Counted from the stretch's first letter, positions 21,389 to 36,648 are shown. The stretch: 55,552 bases of DNA from Nemertoderma westbladi (GCA_032718475.1 JAUCBJ010008888.1:1-55552); one strand, 5' to 3'. The notes: a model not told the origin generated them from the letters alone. Made by a program: numbers and translations.

Positions 21389-22685
21389 TGTAAAAGCTTC
21401 TGTGGGATATAACTGGCCCTTTTGCTTCGCAATCCAGTTTCCCCCCAGGCGCTGGAATACTCTAAAAAGGTTCTCTAACTGTATATATATTCCCCTCGCC
21501 CGCAAGGTACCTTTACAGGTGTTTTAACGGACATAAAAGTCATTCTGCTATATACGTGTTTTAGCGGACATGGTAAGGCAAAAAACCTGCAATGCGACAA
21601 ATACCTTTCATAGCTTAGCCGTGATGATTCATATTACGACATCTAACAGCTGGTTGCTGACATGGAAACAGCCATTGGACGCATGGTTCTTTGTTTGGCT
21701 TGAGCCAATCAGAGCGATTTTTCCTGTCGACGTGTAGCTTTTCGGTCGATCATAAGGAGAGTGTTCAGTCTTACTGTTTTTTCTTGATACTTTGTTGTTA
21801 TTGCTGTCTAGGCCAGGAACAACGGCTCTAGAGTCAATTCATTTCATACTTTTAGAAGAAACATTAGTAGGCTAAAATTATAGAGCGTATGACTGTTATC
21901 AACTCAACTCAATGCAATTCAGTCTATATCATAACACATCATATATTAATTTATATCAACTTGTTTCTATTCTTGTATTATCGGTTCAATATACATTATT
22001 ATACTGCTGTTTACTATTGTGTTTGGTTGAACATTATTTGGAGAACATATATAAAGAACCCAAATTTCCCAATTTTCTTGATACACTACAGGTTAGAGAG
22101 ACGGGTTATATATAGCGATTGCGACTTATATTATTGTGGTTTGTAGTGAATTTAATGCTATTTGATAAGCCCTACATGAGTCAATTGCTGTTCGCTTTAT
22201 ATATGATAAAATTCATTGACGGTCGGCAAATTAGTGAGCAGTATTGTGTGTTACCGGTAGTGTGCATGATTGTGATTGATAACTAAGCATTTCCTAAAGA
22301 ATGCGCCTCATACGTGAATCTTAAGCCTTACCGACTTACCGTTGTGATTAGTATAAGTCATATCTCTGTTTACTTAGATAGAGCGCCACGTCCTAAAGGA
22401 ACTGTTAATATTTCCCGAAAGTGAATAATATTAGTCAGAAATTAATTATTAACGATCAATCGAATAATACAATACCGTAAGCTTCACTGCAATAATAATT
22501 TAAGCCCTCAGAATCCAGTCTCCCGGGATTATCCAGCGGGTGAATGGACGCGCACTAGGCTGGCTTCTGCTAATGTTGTGTTTATTGGTATTAAATATTT
22601 GTCATCTTCTAAAGTATATTTATAAACCAAAAGACATATAAATTTTGGCAGGTTAAACTGCTGAAGGTCTTCAAAAGCGCGTACA
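21389..22685 (+). repeat. 3' LTR of element B (1297 bp)
   Basis: TGTAAAAGCT...GCGCGTACA, homologous along its length to the other two LTRs. Followed by TAAGC, the predicted TSD. Confidence 0.92.
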
Positions 22686-23055
22686 TAAGCCACAAACAAT
22701 GTGATAACTGAGTACAGTAGGCCTATTGCTGTTCTAAAGGTAATTTTGCCCAGTTTCGGGTCCGCCCGTATATCGCCGGCAAGTCCTAGGAAAACACTCA
22801 CACGTCTGGGGAAAACACTCAAATGTCAGGATAACACTCAAATCATGTAATTCAATATTCTGCAATAGGCCCACTGTTCACCAGGATGTAGTTATGTTCT
22901 TTAGTGCTGCAGAGGCAAAACTTGGCAGGCAGACTTACTTTTAAGATTGCGGTCTACTTTTTTTTTTACTGCGACGTGTGGCTGAATGTTGCTACCGATT
23001 TTGGGTGTTGTCACAAATTCCACCTATCCCACCATCAAGGATAGGAATTATTATG

Positions 23056-23163
23056 AATTTATAAATAATTTTTAAATAATAATGTAATTTATAATAAATT
23101 TATAAATAATTTTTAAATAATAATGTAATTTATAATAAATTTATAAATAATTTTTAAATAATA
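23056..23163. repeat. AT-rich ~41-bp tandem repeat, about 2.5 copies
   Basis: AATTTATAAATAATTTTTAAATAATAATGTAATTTATAATA repeated. Confidence 0.8.
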
Positions 23164-26100
23164 TTTTTTTACTTAATCGGGACTTTAACTAAGTCGATTG
23201 ATGGGATTGGAGTATTATAATTGGAATTGGTGGAAATAAATCAATCTCTGAACTCATGTTTTCTTTGTAATATTGTGGTTTTTTGTTCAGATGGAAACAA
23301 TGATCGGTAGGTCCGATGATAGAGATTGGATATGCAAATTAAGAAGACAGCCTGCGCAATAGAAGTGGATTAGGTGGGAGAGTAACTGTCAGGGGTAATT
23401 GGGAACTGGTTAGCGATATGTATAGGAGTGCTGGTTCAACGCCCACTGACGTGCTTCCTCATTTTTTCAATTTCTGAACAAAACCATTTACGGTACACGT
23501 ACGTGGGGCCTTCGCGTAGGGCCAAATAAGCAAGCTTATAGAAGCCATTTAGCAGGGCACTGTAGAATTTCTCATCCCCCCACGCAAATTGTATTTCATA
23601 GTTTTCGCAGAGGTACTGTACTGTATTAGTCTTCAAAACGACCGACCGCACTAAATTTTCCTATAACTTCTGACTTCGCGGATAAAATATTTTGATATTC
23701 AAACCTTTTTCTTATTTGATGAATAAATAATCACTATTGGAGAAATTCAACCATAAATTATTGTACACTTATGTTGTGTAATATAATATAATAAATATAA
23801 TTTATAATAAATTAATTGAATAATAATAATACTAAAAATAAACACTACATTCCATATATATATACAGTATATATATACTCCATATATAAAATACATCCAT
23901 ACATATAAAATAGACACTCCATATATACAATAAATCAAATTTAACGCAATCTAAGTTATATTTTCTTGAAAAAGAAAACAAAGAAAAAAGAAAACAGCTA
24001 CCTTTTTTGCTATTGAATTTCGTTTGGTGTTTTGGTTAGAATGACTTGTCAACTGTAAACTGTTCCTCTCACATAATGGATAATTAAAAAAAATTATAAT
24101 TAAATTAAATTTTTAATTAATTCGCGCACAATTATTTGTGTTTATGTGTCAATTTCCAAGACGGGGAGTCTCCAATAAATACAGTAGATTAACACATGTC
24201 TTAGTATTTATACTAGTTAAAATTGACGTTAGTCTAGTATAATTTATAGTCTGCCATATTATCATATTAAGGTGGGGCTCCGGTTATTAATAAAGATAGT
24301 TTACAATAATTGTCGTTTTGGCTTTGGTTTCGGTCGGTCTAACTACGTTATTATTTATTTATTAAATTGTGACAACTTTCCCGAAATATAGTACGTATTG
24401 ACTCCACAATATAACTAGAATGAAATATTTCTATTGAATAAAAGTACTTTAGTCCTTTAGCATGATTCATCGAAACCAATATATTATCGTTACTCAAATC
24501 TTCAAGATATTCTTGGCCTTCTTGTTGTTCATTGTGTTGTAGTTGTTGGTATTTGGCTTCTTGCATCATGATCCGAATATTCTGAGAGATTTTAGCCCTC
24601 CAAGATCCGAGGTCAAGCTTAATCGACCGTTTAGTCAGTGAAGGAAACATTCGAGGAGATACCTTACAAGAGGAGTGTACGACACCGTTATAAGAAGAGT
24701 TTGAACATTGTTCAATAAGGGAAGGCCGGCACTTAAATAATCCCCACGCCTACAATCTAGAGTCAATTAATTTAGATTCGGAAACAAGTTAAATAAATCA
24801 ACCAAGAGACTGGTGGTGATTACTCACGATATCGTAAAGATAAGCGTAGCGCTGGAGAGTACAGGACCTCCGCTGCCGCGGAGGCTGAGACTCTTACGTT
24901 GATTACAGCGGTGGGTAGATCCAAAGGGAGAGAAAGGGCCGCGCAATTCGCGAGGTCTGATGATGACGACGAGGAGCCATCCGATGGTATTATACCCTTG
25001 GAGGCCCCAGCAGCCAGGATTCAGAAGGAGTGTATGGCCAGGAGGGCAGTTGAAGCTGTATGACAACTACCAGGGTTGGGAAGGGGACTTCTCCCACCTA
25101 CCACGATTAGGGGACGAGGGTGCGCAGGATACGCGAAAGCATTGGCAAAGAGCCCATTCTCAAAGAAGTGACATAGAACTCAGGACCCGATAAACACATA
25201 TTTTTTACTGCACTATTTAAAAACTTTCTCAAATTTTATTATTATGTCCTTCACTTGAGGTTTTATACTGTATTGATACTGTAGTAAAACTCATACAATT
25301 TATGATTATTAAAAAGTGTCACAGTCCTCCAATTCATTCTATAAGTTTGTGAATAATATGTTATATAGTACAGGATTACGGATATATTCATAATAGTATA
25401 CAGTACCGTATACAATTGGCTGAGTTGTCTAAATAGGACTGAAATACAAAAGGTATTTCCGGCCTTGGGACAACCTAAATAGCTAAACCAATGAGAGAGC
25501 CGGATTAACGCCCTACTCGCTCCTTTTCGCCTAATATTATTACTACTGTATATATTATGGTATGAAAGTGTTTTGTTGGGCTTCCAATAGACCCCTATAC
25601 GAGCCATGTACAGTACGTAACAGTAATTAGGAGCCCGCTTGACAGCGGGATACTTACTGTAAGAATCTTCAGGATACATTACATTGACTGACACTGACTG
25701 ACTGATAATTATCTAGGTTAAGGGACTTCCTGCCTGGCGATTTTGATGAAATTTTGCAAGTACATTGCTTTTGAGGTTCATAATCGCGTTACAAAATTTC
25801 AGATCGATTCTATGTGTGGTATTCGATATATTTAGTTTTTTGACATTGTTTTGTCGCGAAATTAAAAGCAATGGTAAAATAACAGCTGGTGTTCATGATG
25901 AAATATGGCTTAATATGTTATACACAGTCATAGTAAAACGTATTGGTTGCCAAGTTTTACTAGTAGGCTATAAGGAAAGTCAATGTTTACTCACACATAA
26001 GCTGTTGGTTTCTAATGTATTACCCCATAAGCTGATTGCTCTCCCAGTGCTTCCTGAGGGTATATCTACAATAAGGTTACTCACTCTGCTATGTTAGTGG

Positions 26101-27200
26101 GTGGATCAGGAGAATGAATTTTAGTTACACAAAGCAGTGTGTTGTGTCCTATTGCAGTCGATACTCACTGTGGATTGCAAAATGTTTTATAGTTGACCTA
26201 CACTATAATACAGTAGTTGCATGTATTTAAGGAGCCCGCTCTGGCCTACTGCCTAACTTAGCAGTAATACCTATATTACATATACACATATTAAAAATAT
26301 TCTTATTTTTTTTATTACATACGATTTTTTAGCTGAAACGATTTTTTAGCTGAAGCATTAATAGTGTAAATTAATTTAATTATATTTTAATACCATTACT
26401 ACATTGGCATACTGTAAGATAAGTTTTAATATTTCTTACAAATAGTGGTGCGAGCATAAATCAAATCACGCAAATTTAAAAGAACCGGGTGTGTTGTCAT
26501 AGCAAAGTTTCAGTTTTTATTATGTGGGGCAAGCCACAAAGTCAGCTATGTATCATCACACCATTTAGACAATTGTTTAGTTTAGTATTGGCTAGGATTC
26601 TTCCCCCCGGGCTCCTTCCAGCCAGCTTGCTGGCTCTCTAGTTATTACAAAGGGATTACTGTGACTGACACGTTGGTACTCCTATTAAATATACACTGTA
26701 AATACACTGTGTATTGGTTATGAATACTGTATAAGCATTGCGCCCAAGTAAATATAATGCACCCCAACTAACCGTTAATTCTTACCCCATTTCTTATGAT
26801 AACTATTAAGATTTTATATGAATACTAAATACGTACTGTATAGTTTAAATTTCCTTCTAAACCGAACTAATATTAACAAAATTATAGTATTACAATATAT
26901 TATTCATATTATTAATGTCTATTCGGTGGTTGATGTACAGTAATGGGCCTTCTCGATCAACCTCCGTCTTTACTATACTATGCATGCATCAAGTCATATA
27001 TATTCATAATATTTTTTTTCATTTACCGTAATTTACTAATTATTTGACTCCAATTATTACCTAGTTACAATTTATTTGTGTGCATGCAAGTTTAGAAAAA
27101 TGATTCATAATAATAATAATAATATGGGATATAATAATGATCTATAACCAGATAACAGGATATCGAGCTATAACTTCCTAAAAACAGGCTATAACCACCC

Positions 27201-28275
27201 CTACTACTACTACTACTACTAGGTCGAGCGAACTCGGACAGTGGAAATGAGATCCTTCCAGGCTTCCCGATTCTCCATAGTTGTCGCAATTTCGTTTCTC
27301 CCAAGTTCAGTATCCCTTTCAAGTTGAGTAATATATGTTATGGCCGGTCGTCCACGACAACGCTTTCCATGAGTTGGTTGCCAGAGAAGTAGATCTGGTA
27401 TGACCTCGTCTTTACTTCGCCAGCAGTGCCCACTTAATCTTAATCTGCGGTCACGGAGGGTGGTTGATACAGGTGGTATTGTACCATAAAGCTCGGCGTT
27501 TGTCATGTGTTATCTCCAGCTGATGTTTAGGGCTGCCCTTAGTCTTGTGTAGCAACCATCAATTCGTTGTTCCTGTGATTTAGTCAGTGTCCAGGTCTCA
27601 CCCCCGTATAAAAATACACTTTCCACTGTGGCTCGAAAGAACTTAGTCTTCAGGTGCCTGGAGAGATCTGATTTCCAGATGGTATCCATTTTTGATAGAG
27701 CTACCCAAGCCTTTGCTTTTCTAACTTCTATGTCTTTTTTGCTACTCTCTATCCATGATCCAAGGTACTGGAAGTCATCGACCTTCCTTAGTTGATTATT
27801 ATCAATGGTTGTCAAGTTTCCATCAACATTAAAGGTCATGAATTCGGTCTTGGTAGCATTTATATGCAATCCAACCTCCTTAGCAGCCCTCTCCACTTTA
27901 TTTAGTAGAAGCTGTGCATCTGCTAGCGTATTAGAGAGCAGGGCGATGTCATCCGTAAAGTCGGTGTCTGTGACTGTAGTTGTCGGATATCTACTACTTC
28001 TGCGTTGTGGAAGTGTGAATCCCAGATCTTCACCCTTTGTGGCCGTCCTCATTGAGTAATCGAGCACAATTACAAATAGTAATGGTGCTAATGTGTCACC
28101 TTGCAGTACACCAGCCAGGATTAAGAAATACTCAGTTTCACCATCTGGTGAGAGTACCTGTGCTTCTGTGTCACAATATAACAATCCAATGCCAGCAAAA
28201 ATTACTTCTGGCATTCCATAAGCTCTTACGATTTCAAGCATTTTACCTCTATCGATGGAGTCGAAAGCTTTCTTG
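27201..28275 (-). mobile_element. 5'-truncated RTE-clade LINE with (TAG)n tail and 10-bp TSD
   Basis: RT motifs KAFDSI, GVLQGDTLAPLLF and DFTDD; RTE-type C-terminus (RRLRLSGHCWR, RGRP). The stop codon runs directly into (TAG)n. ATAACCACCC flanks both ends (27191-27200 and 28276-28285). Frameshift near 27510-27540. Confidence 0.88.
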
Positions 28276-31200
28276 ATAACCACCCGTAACGGGCTATAAC
28301 CAACCATAACGGGCTATAATAACCACCCATAACGGGTCATAACCACCCATAACGGGCCATTACCACCCATAACGGGCTATAACCACCCATAACGGGCTAT
28401 AATCACCCATAACGGGCTATAACCACCCATAACGGGTTATAACCACCCATAGAGGGCTATAACCACCCATAACGGGCTATAACCACCCATAACGGGCTAT
28501 AACCACTCCTAACGGGCTATAACCACCCATAACGGGCTATAACCACACATAACGGGCTGTAACCACCCATAACGGGCTATAACCACCCATAACGGGCTAT
28601 AACCACCCATAACGGGTTATAATAACCACCCATGACGGGCTATAACCACCCATAACTGGTTATAACCACCCATAACGGGCTATAACCACCCATGACGGGC
28701 TATAACCACCCATAACGGGCTATAACCACCCATAACGGGTTATAATAACCACCCATGACGGGCTATAACCACCCATAACGGGTTATAACCACCCATAACG
28801 GGCTATAACCACCCATGACGGGCTATAACCACCCATAACGGGCTATAACCACCCTTAACGGGTTATAATAACCACCCATGACGGGCTATAACCACCCATA
28901 ACGGGTTATAACGACCCATAACGGGCTATAACCACCCATGACGGGCTATAACCACCCATACCGGGCTATAACCACCCATAACGGGCTATAACCACCCATA
29001 ACGGGCTATAACCACCCATAACGGGCTATAATAACCACCCATAACGGGCTATAACCACCCATACCGGGCTATAACCACCCATAACGGGCTATAACCACCC
29101 ATAACGGGCTATAACCACCCATAACGGGCTATAATAACCACCCATAACGGGCTATAACCACCCATAACGGGCTATAACCACCCATAACGGGCTATAACCA
29201 CCCATAACGGGTTATAACCACCCATAACGGGCTATAACCACCCATAACGGGCTATAACCACCCATAACGGGCTATAACCACCCATAACGGGTTATAATAA
29301 CCACCCATGACGGGCTATAACCACCCATAACGGGCTATAACCACCCATAACGGGTTATAATAACCACCCATAACGGGCTATAACCACCCATAACGGGCTA
29401 TAACAACCCATACCGGGCTATAACCACCCATACCGGGCTATAACCACCCATAACGGGCTATAACCACCCATAACGGGTTATAACCACCCATAACGGGCTG
29501 TAACCACCCATAACGGGCTATAACCACCCATAACGGGCTATAACCACCCATAACGGGTTATAATAACCACCCTTGACGGGCTATAACCACCCATAACGGG
29601 TTATAACCACCCATAACGGGCTGTAACCACCCATAACGGGCTATAACCACCCATAACGGGCTATAACCACCCATAACGGGTTATAATAACCACCCATGAC
29701 GGGCTATAACCACCCATAACGGGTTATAACCACCCATAACGGGCTATAACCACCCATAACGGGCTATAACCACCCATAACGGGCTATAACCACCCATACC
29801 GGGCTATAACCACCCATACCGGGCTATAACCACCCATAACGGGCTATAACCACCCATAACGGGTTATAATAACCACCCATGACGGGCTATAACCACCCAT
29901 AACGGGTTATAACCACCCATAACGGGCTGTAACCACCCATAACGGGCTATAACCACCCATAACGGGCTATAACCACCCATAACGGGTTATAATAACCACC
30001 CATGACGGGCTATAACCACCCATAACGGGTTATAACCACCCATAACGGGCTATAACCACCCATAACGGGCTATAACCACCCATAACGGGTTATAATAACC
30101 ACCCATGACGGGCTATAACCACCCATAACGGGTTATAACCACCCATAACGGGCTGTAACCACCCATAACGGGCTATAACCACCCATAACGGGCTATAACC
30201 ACCCATAACGGGTTATAATAACCACCCATGACGGGCTATAACCACCCATAACGGGCTATAACCACCCATAACGGGCTATAACCACCCATAACGGGCTGTA
30301 ACCACCCATAACGGACTATAACCACCCATAACGGGCTATAACCACCCATAACGGGTTATAATAACCACCCATGACGGGCTATAACCACCCATAACGGGTT
30401 ACAACTACCCATAACGGGCTATAACCACCCATAACGGGCTATAACCACCCATAACGGGCTATAACCACCCATACCGGGCTATAACAACCCATAACGGGCT
30501 ATAACCACCCATAACGGGTTATAATAACCACCCATAACGGGCTGTAACCACCCATAACGGGCTATAACCACCCATAACGGGCTATAATAACCACCCATAA
30601 CGGGCTATAACCACCCATAACGGGCTATAACCACCGATAACGGGCTATAACCACCCATAACGGGCTGTAACCACCCATAACGGGCTATAACCACCCATAA
30701 CGGGCTATAACCACCCATAACGGGCTATAATAACCACCCATGACGGGCTATAACCACCCATAACGGGTTATAACCACCCATAACGGGCTATAACCACCCA
30801 TAACGGGCTATAACCACCCATAACGGGCTATAACCACCCATAACGGGCTATAACCACCCATAACGCGCTATAACCACCCATAACGGACTATAACCACCCA
30901 TAACGGGCTATAACCACCCATAACGGGTTATAATAACCACCCATGACGGGCTATAACCACCCATAACGGGTTACAACTACCCATAACGGGCTATAACCAC
31001 CCATAACGGGCTATAACCACCCATAACGGGCTATAACCACCCATACCGGGCTATAACCACCCATAACGGGCTATAACCACCCATAACGGGTTATAATAAC
31101 CACCCATAACGGGCTGTAACCACCCATAACGGGCTATAACCACCCATAACGGGCTATAATAACCACCCATAACGGGCTATAACCACCCATAACGGGCTAT

Positions 31201-34200
31201 AACCACCGATAACGGGCTATAACCACCCATAACGGGCTGTAACCACCCATAACGGGCTATAACCACCCATAACGGGCTATAACCACCCATAACGGGTTAT
31301 AATAACCACCCATGACGGGCTATAACCACCCATAACGGGTTATAACCACCCATAACGGGCTATAACCACCCATAACGGGCTATAACCACCCATAACGGGC
31401 TATAACCACCCATAACGGGCTATAACCACCCATAACGCGCTATAACCACACATAACGGGCTGTAACCACCCATAACGGACTATAACCACCCATAACGGGC
31501 TATAACCACCCATAACGGGTTATAATAACCACCCATGACGGGCTATAACCACCCATAACGGGTTATAACCACCCATAACGGGCTATAACCACCCATAACG
31601 GGCTAAAACCACCCATAACGGGCTATAACCACACATAACGGGTTATAATAACCACCCATAACGGGCTGTAACCACCCATAACGGGCTATAACCACCCATA
31701 ACGGGCTATAATAACCACCCATAACGGGCTATAACCACCCATAACGGGCTATAACCACCGATAACGGGCTATAACCACCCATACCGGGCTATAACCACCC
31801 ATAACGGGCTATAACCACCCATACCGGGCTATAACCACCCATAACGGGCTATAACCACCCATAACGGGCTATAACCACCCATAACGGGCTATAACCACAC
31901 ATAACGGGTTATAATAACCACCCATAACGGTCTGTAACCACCCATAACGGGCTAGAACCACCCATAACGGGCTATAACCACCCATAACGGGCTATAACCA
32001 CACATAACGGGCTGTAACCACCCATAACGGGCTATAACCACCCATAACGGGCTATAACCACCCATAACGGGTTATAATAACCACCCATAACGGGTTATAA
32101 CCACCCATAACGGGTTATAACCACCCATAACGGGCTGTAACCACCCATAACGGGCTATAACCACCCATAACGGGCTATAACCACCCATAACGGGTTATAA
32201 TAACCACCCATGACGGGCTATAACCACCCATAACGGGTTATAACCACCCATAACGGGCTATAACCACCCATAACGGGCTATAACCACCCATAACGGGTTA
32301 TAATAACCACCCATGACGGGCTATAACCACCCATAACGGGTTATAACCACCCATAACGGGCTGTAACCACCCATAACGGGCTATAACCACCCATAACGGG
32401 CTATAACCACCCATAACGGGTTATAATAACCACCCATGACGGGCTATAACCACCCATAACGGGCTATAACCACCCATAACGGGCTATAACCACCCATAAC
32501 GGGCTATAACCACCCATAACTGGCTATAACCACCCATAACGGGTTATAATAACCACCCATGACGGGCTATAACCACCCATAACGGGTTATAACCACCCAT
32601 AACGGGCTATAACCACCCATAACGGGCTATAACCACCCATAACGGGCTATAACCACCCATAACGGGCTATAACCACCCATAACGCGCTATAACCACCCAT
32701 AACGGGCTATAACCACCCATAACGGGTTATAATAACCACCCATAACGGGCTGTAACCACCCATAACGGGCTATAACCACCCATAACGGGCTATAATAACC
32801 ACCCATAACGGGCTATAACCACCCATAACGGGCTATAACCACCGATAACGGGCTATAACCACCCATAACGGGCTGTAACCACCCATAACGGGCTATAACC
32901 ACCCATAACGGGCTATAACCACCCATAACGGGTTATAATAACCACCCATGACGGGCTATAACCACCCATAACGGGTTATAACCACCCATAACGGGCTATA
33001 ACCACCCATAACGGGCTATAACCACCCATAACGGGCTATAACCACCCATAACGGGCTATAACCACCCATAACGCGCTATAACCACACATAACGGGCTGTA
33101 ACCACCCATAACGGACTATAACCACCCATAACGGGCTATAACCACCCATAACGGGCTATAACCACCGATAACGGGCTATAACCACCCATACCGGGCTATA
33201 ACCACCCATAACGGGCTATAACCACCCATACCGGGCTATAACCACCCATAACGGGCTATAACCACCCATAACGGGCTATAACCACCCATAACGGGCTATA
33301 ACCACACATAACGGGTTATAATAACCACCCATAACGGTCTGTAACCACCCATAACGGGCTAGAACCACCCATAACGGGCTATAACCACCCATAACGGGCT
33401 ATAACCACACATAACGGGCTGTAACCACCCATAACGGGCTATAACCACCCATAACGGGCTATAACCACCCATAACGGGTTATAATAACCACCCATAACGG
33501 GTTATAACCACCCATAACGGGTTATAACCACCCATAACGGGCTGTAACCACCCATAACGGGCTATAACCACCCATAACGGGCTATAACCACCCATAACGG
33601 GTTATAATAACCACCCATGACGGGCTATAACCACCCATAACGGGTTATAACCACCCATAACGGGCTATAACCACCCATAACGGGCTATAACCACCCATAA
33701 CGGGTTATAATAACCACCCATGTAACGGGCTATAACCACCCATAACGGGCTATAACCACCCATAACGGGTTATAATAACCACCCATGACGGGCTATAACC
33801 ACCCATAACGGGCTATAACCACCCATAACGGGCTATAACCACCGATAACGGGCTATAACCACCCATACCGGGCTATAACCACCCATAACGGGCTATAACC
33901 ACCCATACCGGGCTATAACCACCCATAACGGGCTATAACCACCCATAACGGGCTATAACCACCCATAACGGGCTATAACCACACATAACGGGTTATAATA
34001 ACCACCCATAACGGGCTGTAACCACCCATAACGGGCTATAACCACCCATAACGGGCTAGAACCACCCATAACGGGCTATAACCACCCATAACGGGCTATA
34101 ACCACACATAACGGGCTGTAACCACCCATAACGGGCTATAACCACCCATAACGGGCTATAACCACCCGTAACGGGTTATAATAACCACCCATGACGGGCT

Positions 34201-34671
34201 ATAACCACCCATAACGGGTTATAACCACCCATAACGGGCTATAACCACCCATAACGGGTTATAATAACCACCCATGACGGGCTATAACCACCCATAACGG
34301 GTTATAACCACCCATAACGGGCTATAACCACCCATAACGGGCTATAACCACCCATAACGGGTTATAATAACCACCCATGACGGGCTATAACCACCCATAA
34401 CGGGTTATAACCACCCATAACGGGCTATAACCACCCATAACGTGTTATAACCACCCATAACGGGCTGTAACCACCCATAACGGGCTATAACCACCCATAA
34501 CGGGCTATAACCACCCATACCGGGCTATAACCACCCATACCGGGCTATAACCACCCATAACGGGCTATAACCACCCATAACGGGCTATAATAACCACCCA
34601 TAACGGGCTATAACCACCCATAACGGGCTATAACTACCCATAACGGGCTATAACCACCCATACCGGGCTAT
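28276..34671. repeat. 6.4-kb minisatellite, 20-bp unit ATAACCACCCATAACGGGCT (with 23-bp variant), roughly 310 copies
   Basis: Directly visible tandem array with recurrent variants (GGGTTATAATAACC, CATGACGG, CTGTAACC). Confidence 0.99.
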
Positions 34672-36099
34672 TACAGTACATACTGTATATGAAAATATAA
34701 AATTTTCTATTGATGTGCGCGATTTCTTTCCTTTTTTGTAATATGCTGATATGAGCTGCGCGAATTGTATGGATTATGATGACGTGCGCAACGAGATTTC
34801 AGGTGCGCGGTTTTCTCGGAGCACCAAAGCGTCGTACCTGGGCGCTATGCATAAATTAACATTAATGAAGTACTATAGTTTACATTATCATTATACATTA
34901 TGTTTCCACCTGCGCGCGGTGCGGTAATTAAAAAGCCAGGGGAAAAAAAATAATTTATTAGAGTATAGATAAAAAAATATATGAAAATAATTTTTAACTA
35001 ACTGGAACAATGATTTAGATTTCTTGCATCTGAGTTCATCAGGCTGTGAAAGCTGTGAAGGACCTCGAAAGCTCACGGACCGCTGGGATGAACTGAGATG
35101 GAATAGTGGGAGAGTGTAATCAGATCTGTCAACAGATCTGGTGAAATGGTAGTGGACAGTTTTGCGCTTTTGAAATAGATTGGAAAGTTCAGATGCAGTA
35201 TTTTTATTAAAAATATATTATTAAAGTTTGGTTAATTTTTCACCAAACTTTTTTGAAGTATTTTAACATATGGTGAAAATCACAGAAGCCGCTCAAAACC
35301 GAAGCTCCCCGCACAAAAAATAGAGCAAGTTCTAAAAGGGCAGTATGGTGTATCATATACAATAATGTGTTCTATTTTTAAAAAGTGGTCGCTCGTCGCT
35401 CGCCACTGCCGCTCCCCTTTGCCGCTCCTGTGGTGTATCATGGCATTTGGTGCAAAATATTCCCCCCGTTCTGTAATAGCAATTTCAGAATATAATCGGC
35501 CGATGGCGTAAAAATAACCTGTAGCCGTGCCGTATACCAGTCCACCGATCTTTCTGAAATGTAATTACTTTGATTACCAAAAATGCAATTTTTGTTTTCA
35601 AAATAATATCCAATAGTTTCCAGAGTAATTTAGCACGCCCATTGTTCCATCAATTACCGTATATTATCCATTATTTATTTATATTATCCATTATTTATTT
35701 TGCAAATATGGGCCTACTGAGCCATTAAACGGACATGATAAAAATTAATTTTTTTAACACATTTAGAAGTTTTACTGTATTTCTTAAATCTATGTCCCTA
35801 CATATGACCGCATATGATATACATTTTGTTTTTTGTTTTTGTTAGAAAAGACCACTACTATAACCTGATAGATTCTTGTTACCCCCAATAGTTTTGAAAA
35901 CAGTGTTCGGTATCTGAATTAAATTCCTAACGTTTGTAAAAAAAAACCGAGCTGCAAATTAGACATTATTTGCTACGCTATGCAGTATCTGTAATGTGAC
36001 ATTTTCTACTCTCAAGATATAATGTACTGCATAACAAAAACAAACCAGGTTAAATTCTAGCGGCGTTACATTATTTTGGAATAAAGTTTATTAGGTCAA

Positions 36100-36505
36100 T
36101 CTGGTTGGGTGTAATCTTCGCCTGCGTACAACCTTCGCCCGCGTCCAATCTTCGCCCACGAACATCCTTCGCCCGCGGGAAACCTTCGCCCGCAAGGCAA
36201 TATTCACCCGCGAGCAACCTTCGCCCAATAAGATTTGTGTTAGTAACCATTTTAGTAACAAATTGAGGGAAAGGAGCAGGTTAGAGAGACTTCTCTTTCT
36301 AACCAAAACAATAAATGATTGTGTTACTAATTAAAGGAATGGAGCAGGTTACAGAGACGACATTTTCTAATAAAAAAATAATTGTTTATTTGGCAAAGAT
36401 TGCTTGCGGGCGAAGGTTTCCGCCGGGCGATAGTTGCTAATTTTGAGGGCGAAGATTGCTCCGGGCGAAGATTGGACTCGGGCGAAGTTTGCGTACACGT
36501 ACCGT
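36100..36505. mobile_element. MITE/foldback-like element with inverted subterminal repeats and an internal 68-bp satellite
   Basis: Multiple CTTCGCCC motifs at 36116-36227 face inverted GGGCGAAG motifs at 36407-36488. The middle holds two units matching the reverse complement of the 48451-49060 array. Exact ends uncertain. Confidence 0.65.
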
Positions 36506-36648
36506 CAATCACTTTTAAACACGCTGCCAAAAACTATTATTTCGATTTTAGTGACTATATTAATGGGGCCCTATATTAATAGCACGATTTAAATCAATTG
36601 TAAATATCCTAATGTCTTTATTATTAATTAATTAATTATTGCTTTTCA

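Larger units (their letters stand above)
6937..22685 (+). mobile_element. BEL/Pao LTR retrotransposon, element B (5' end interrupted by element A), carrying an extra ORF
   Basis: Leader from 6937 matches the element A leader (reverse complement of about 3880 downward). It is followed by gag-PR-RT-RH-IN, the extra ORF, a PPT and the 3' LTR. Confidence 0.94.

Noticed and set aside
24351-26100. Short ORFs (99, 80, 77, 143 and 110 aa)
   Set aside because: No recognisable motifs, several non-ATG starts; probably degraded repeat or non-coding DNA.
28276-34671. CRISPR array or telomeric repeat
   Set aside because: No unique spacers, no cas genes and a eukaryotic context; the 20-bp interstitial unit is not a known animal telomere repeat.
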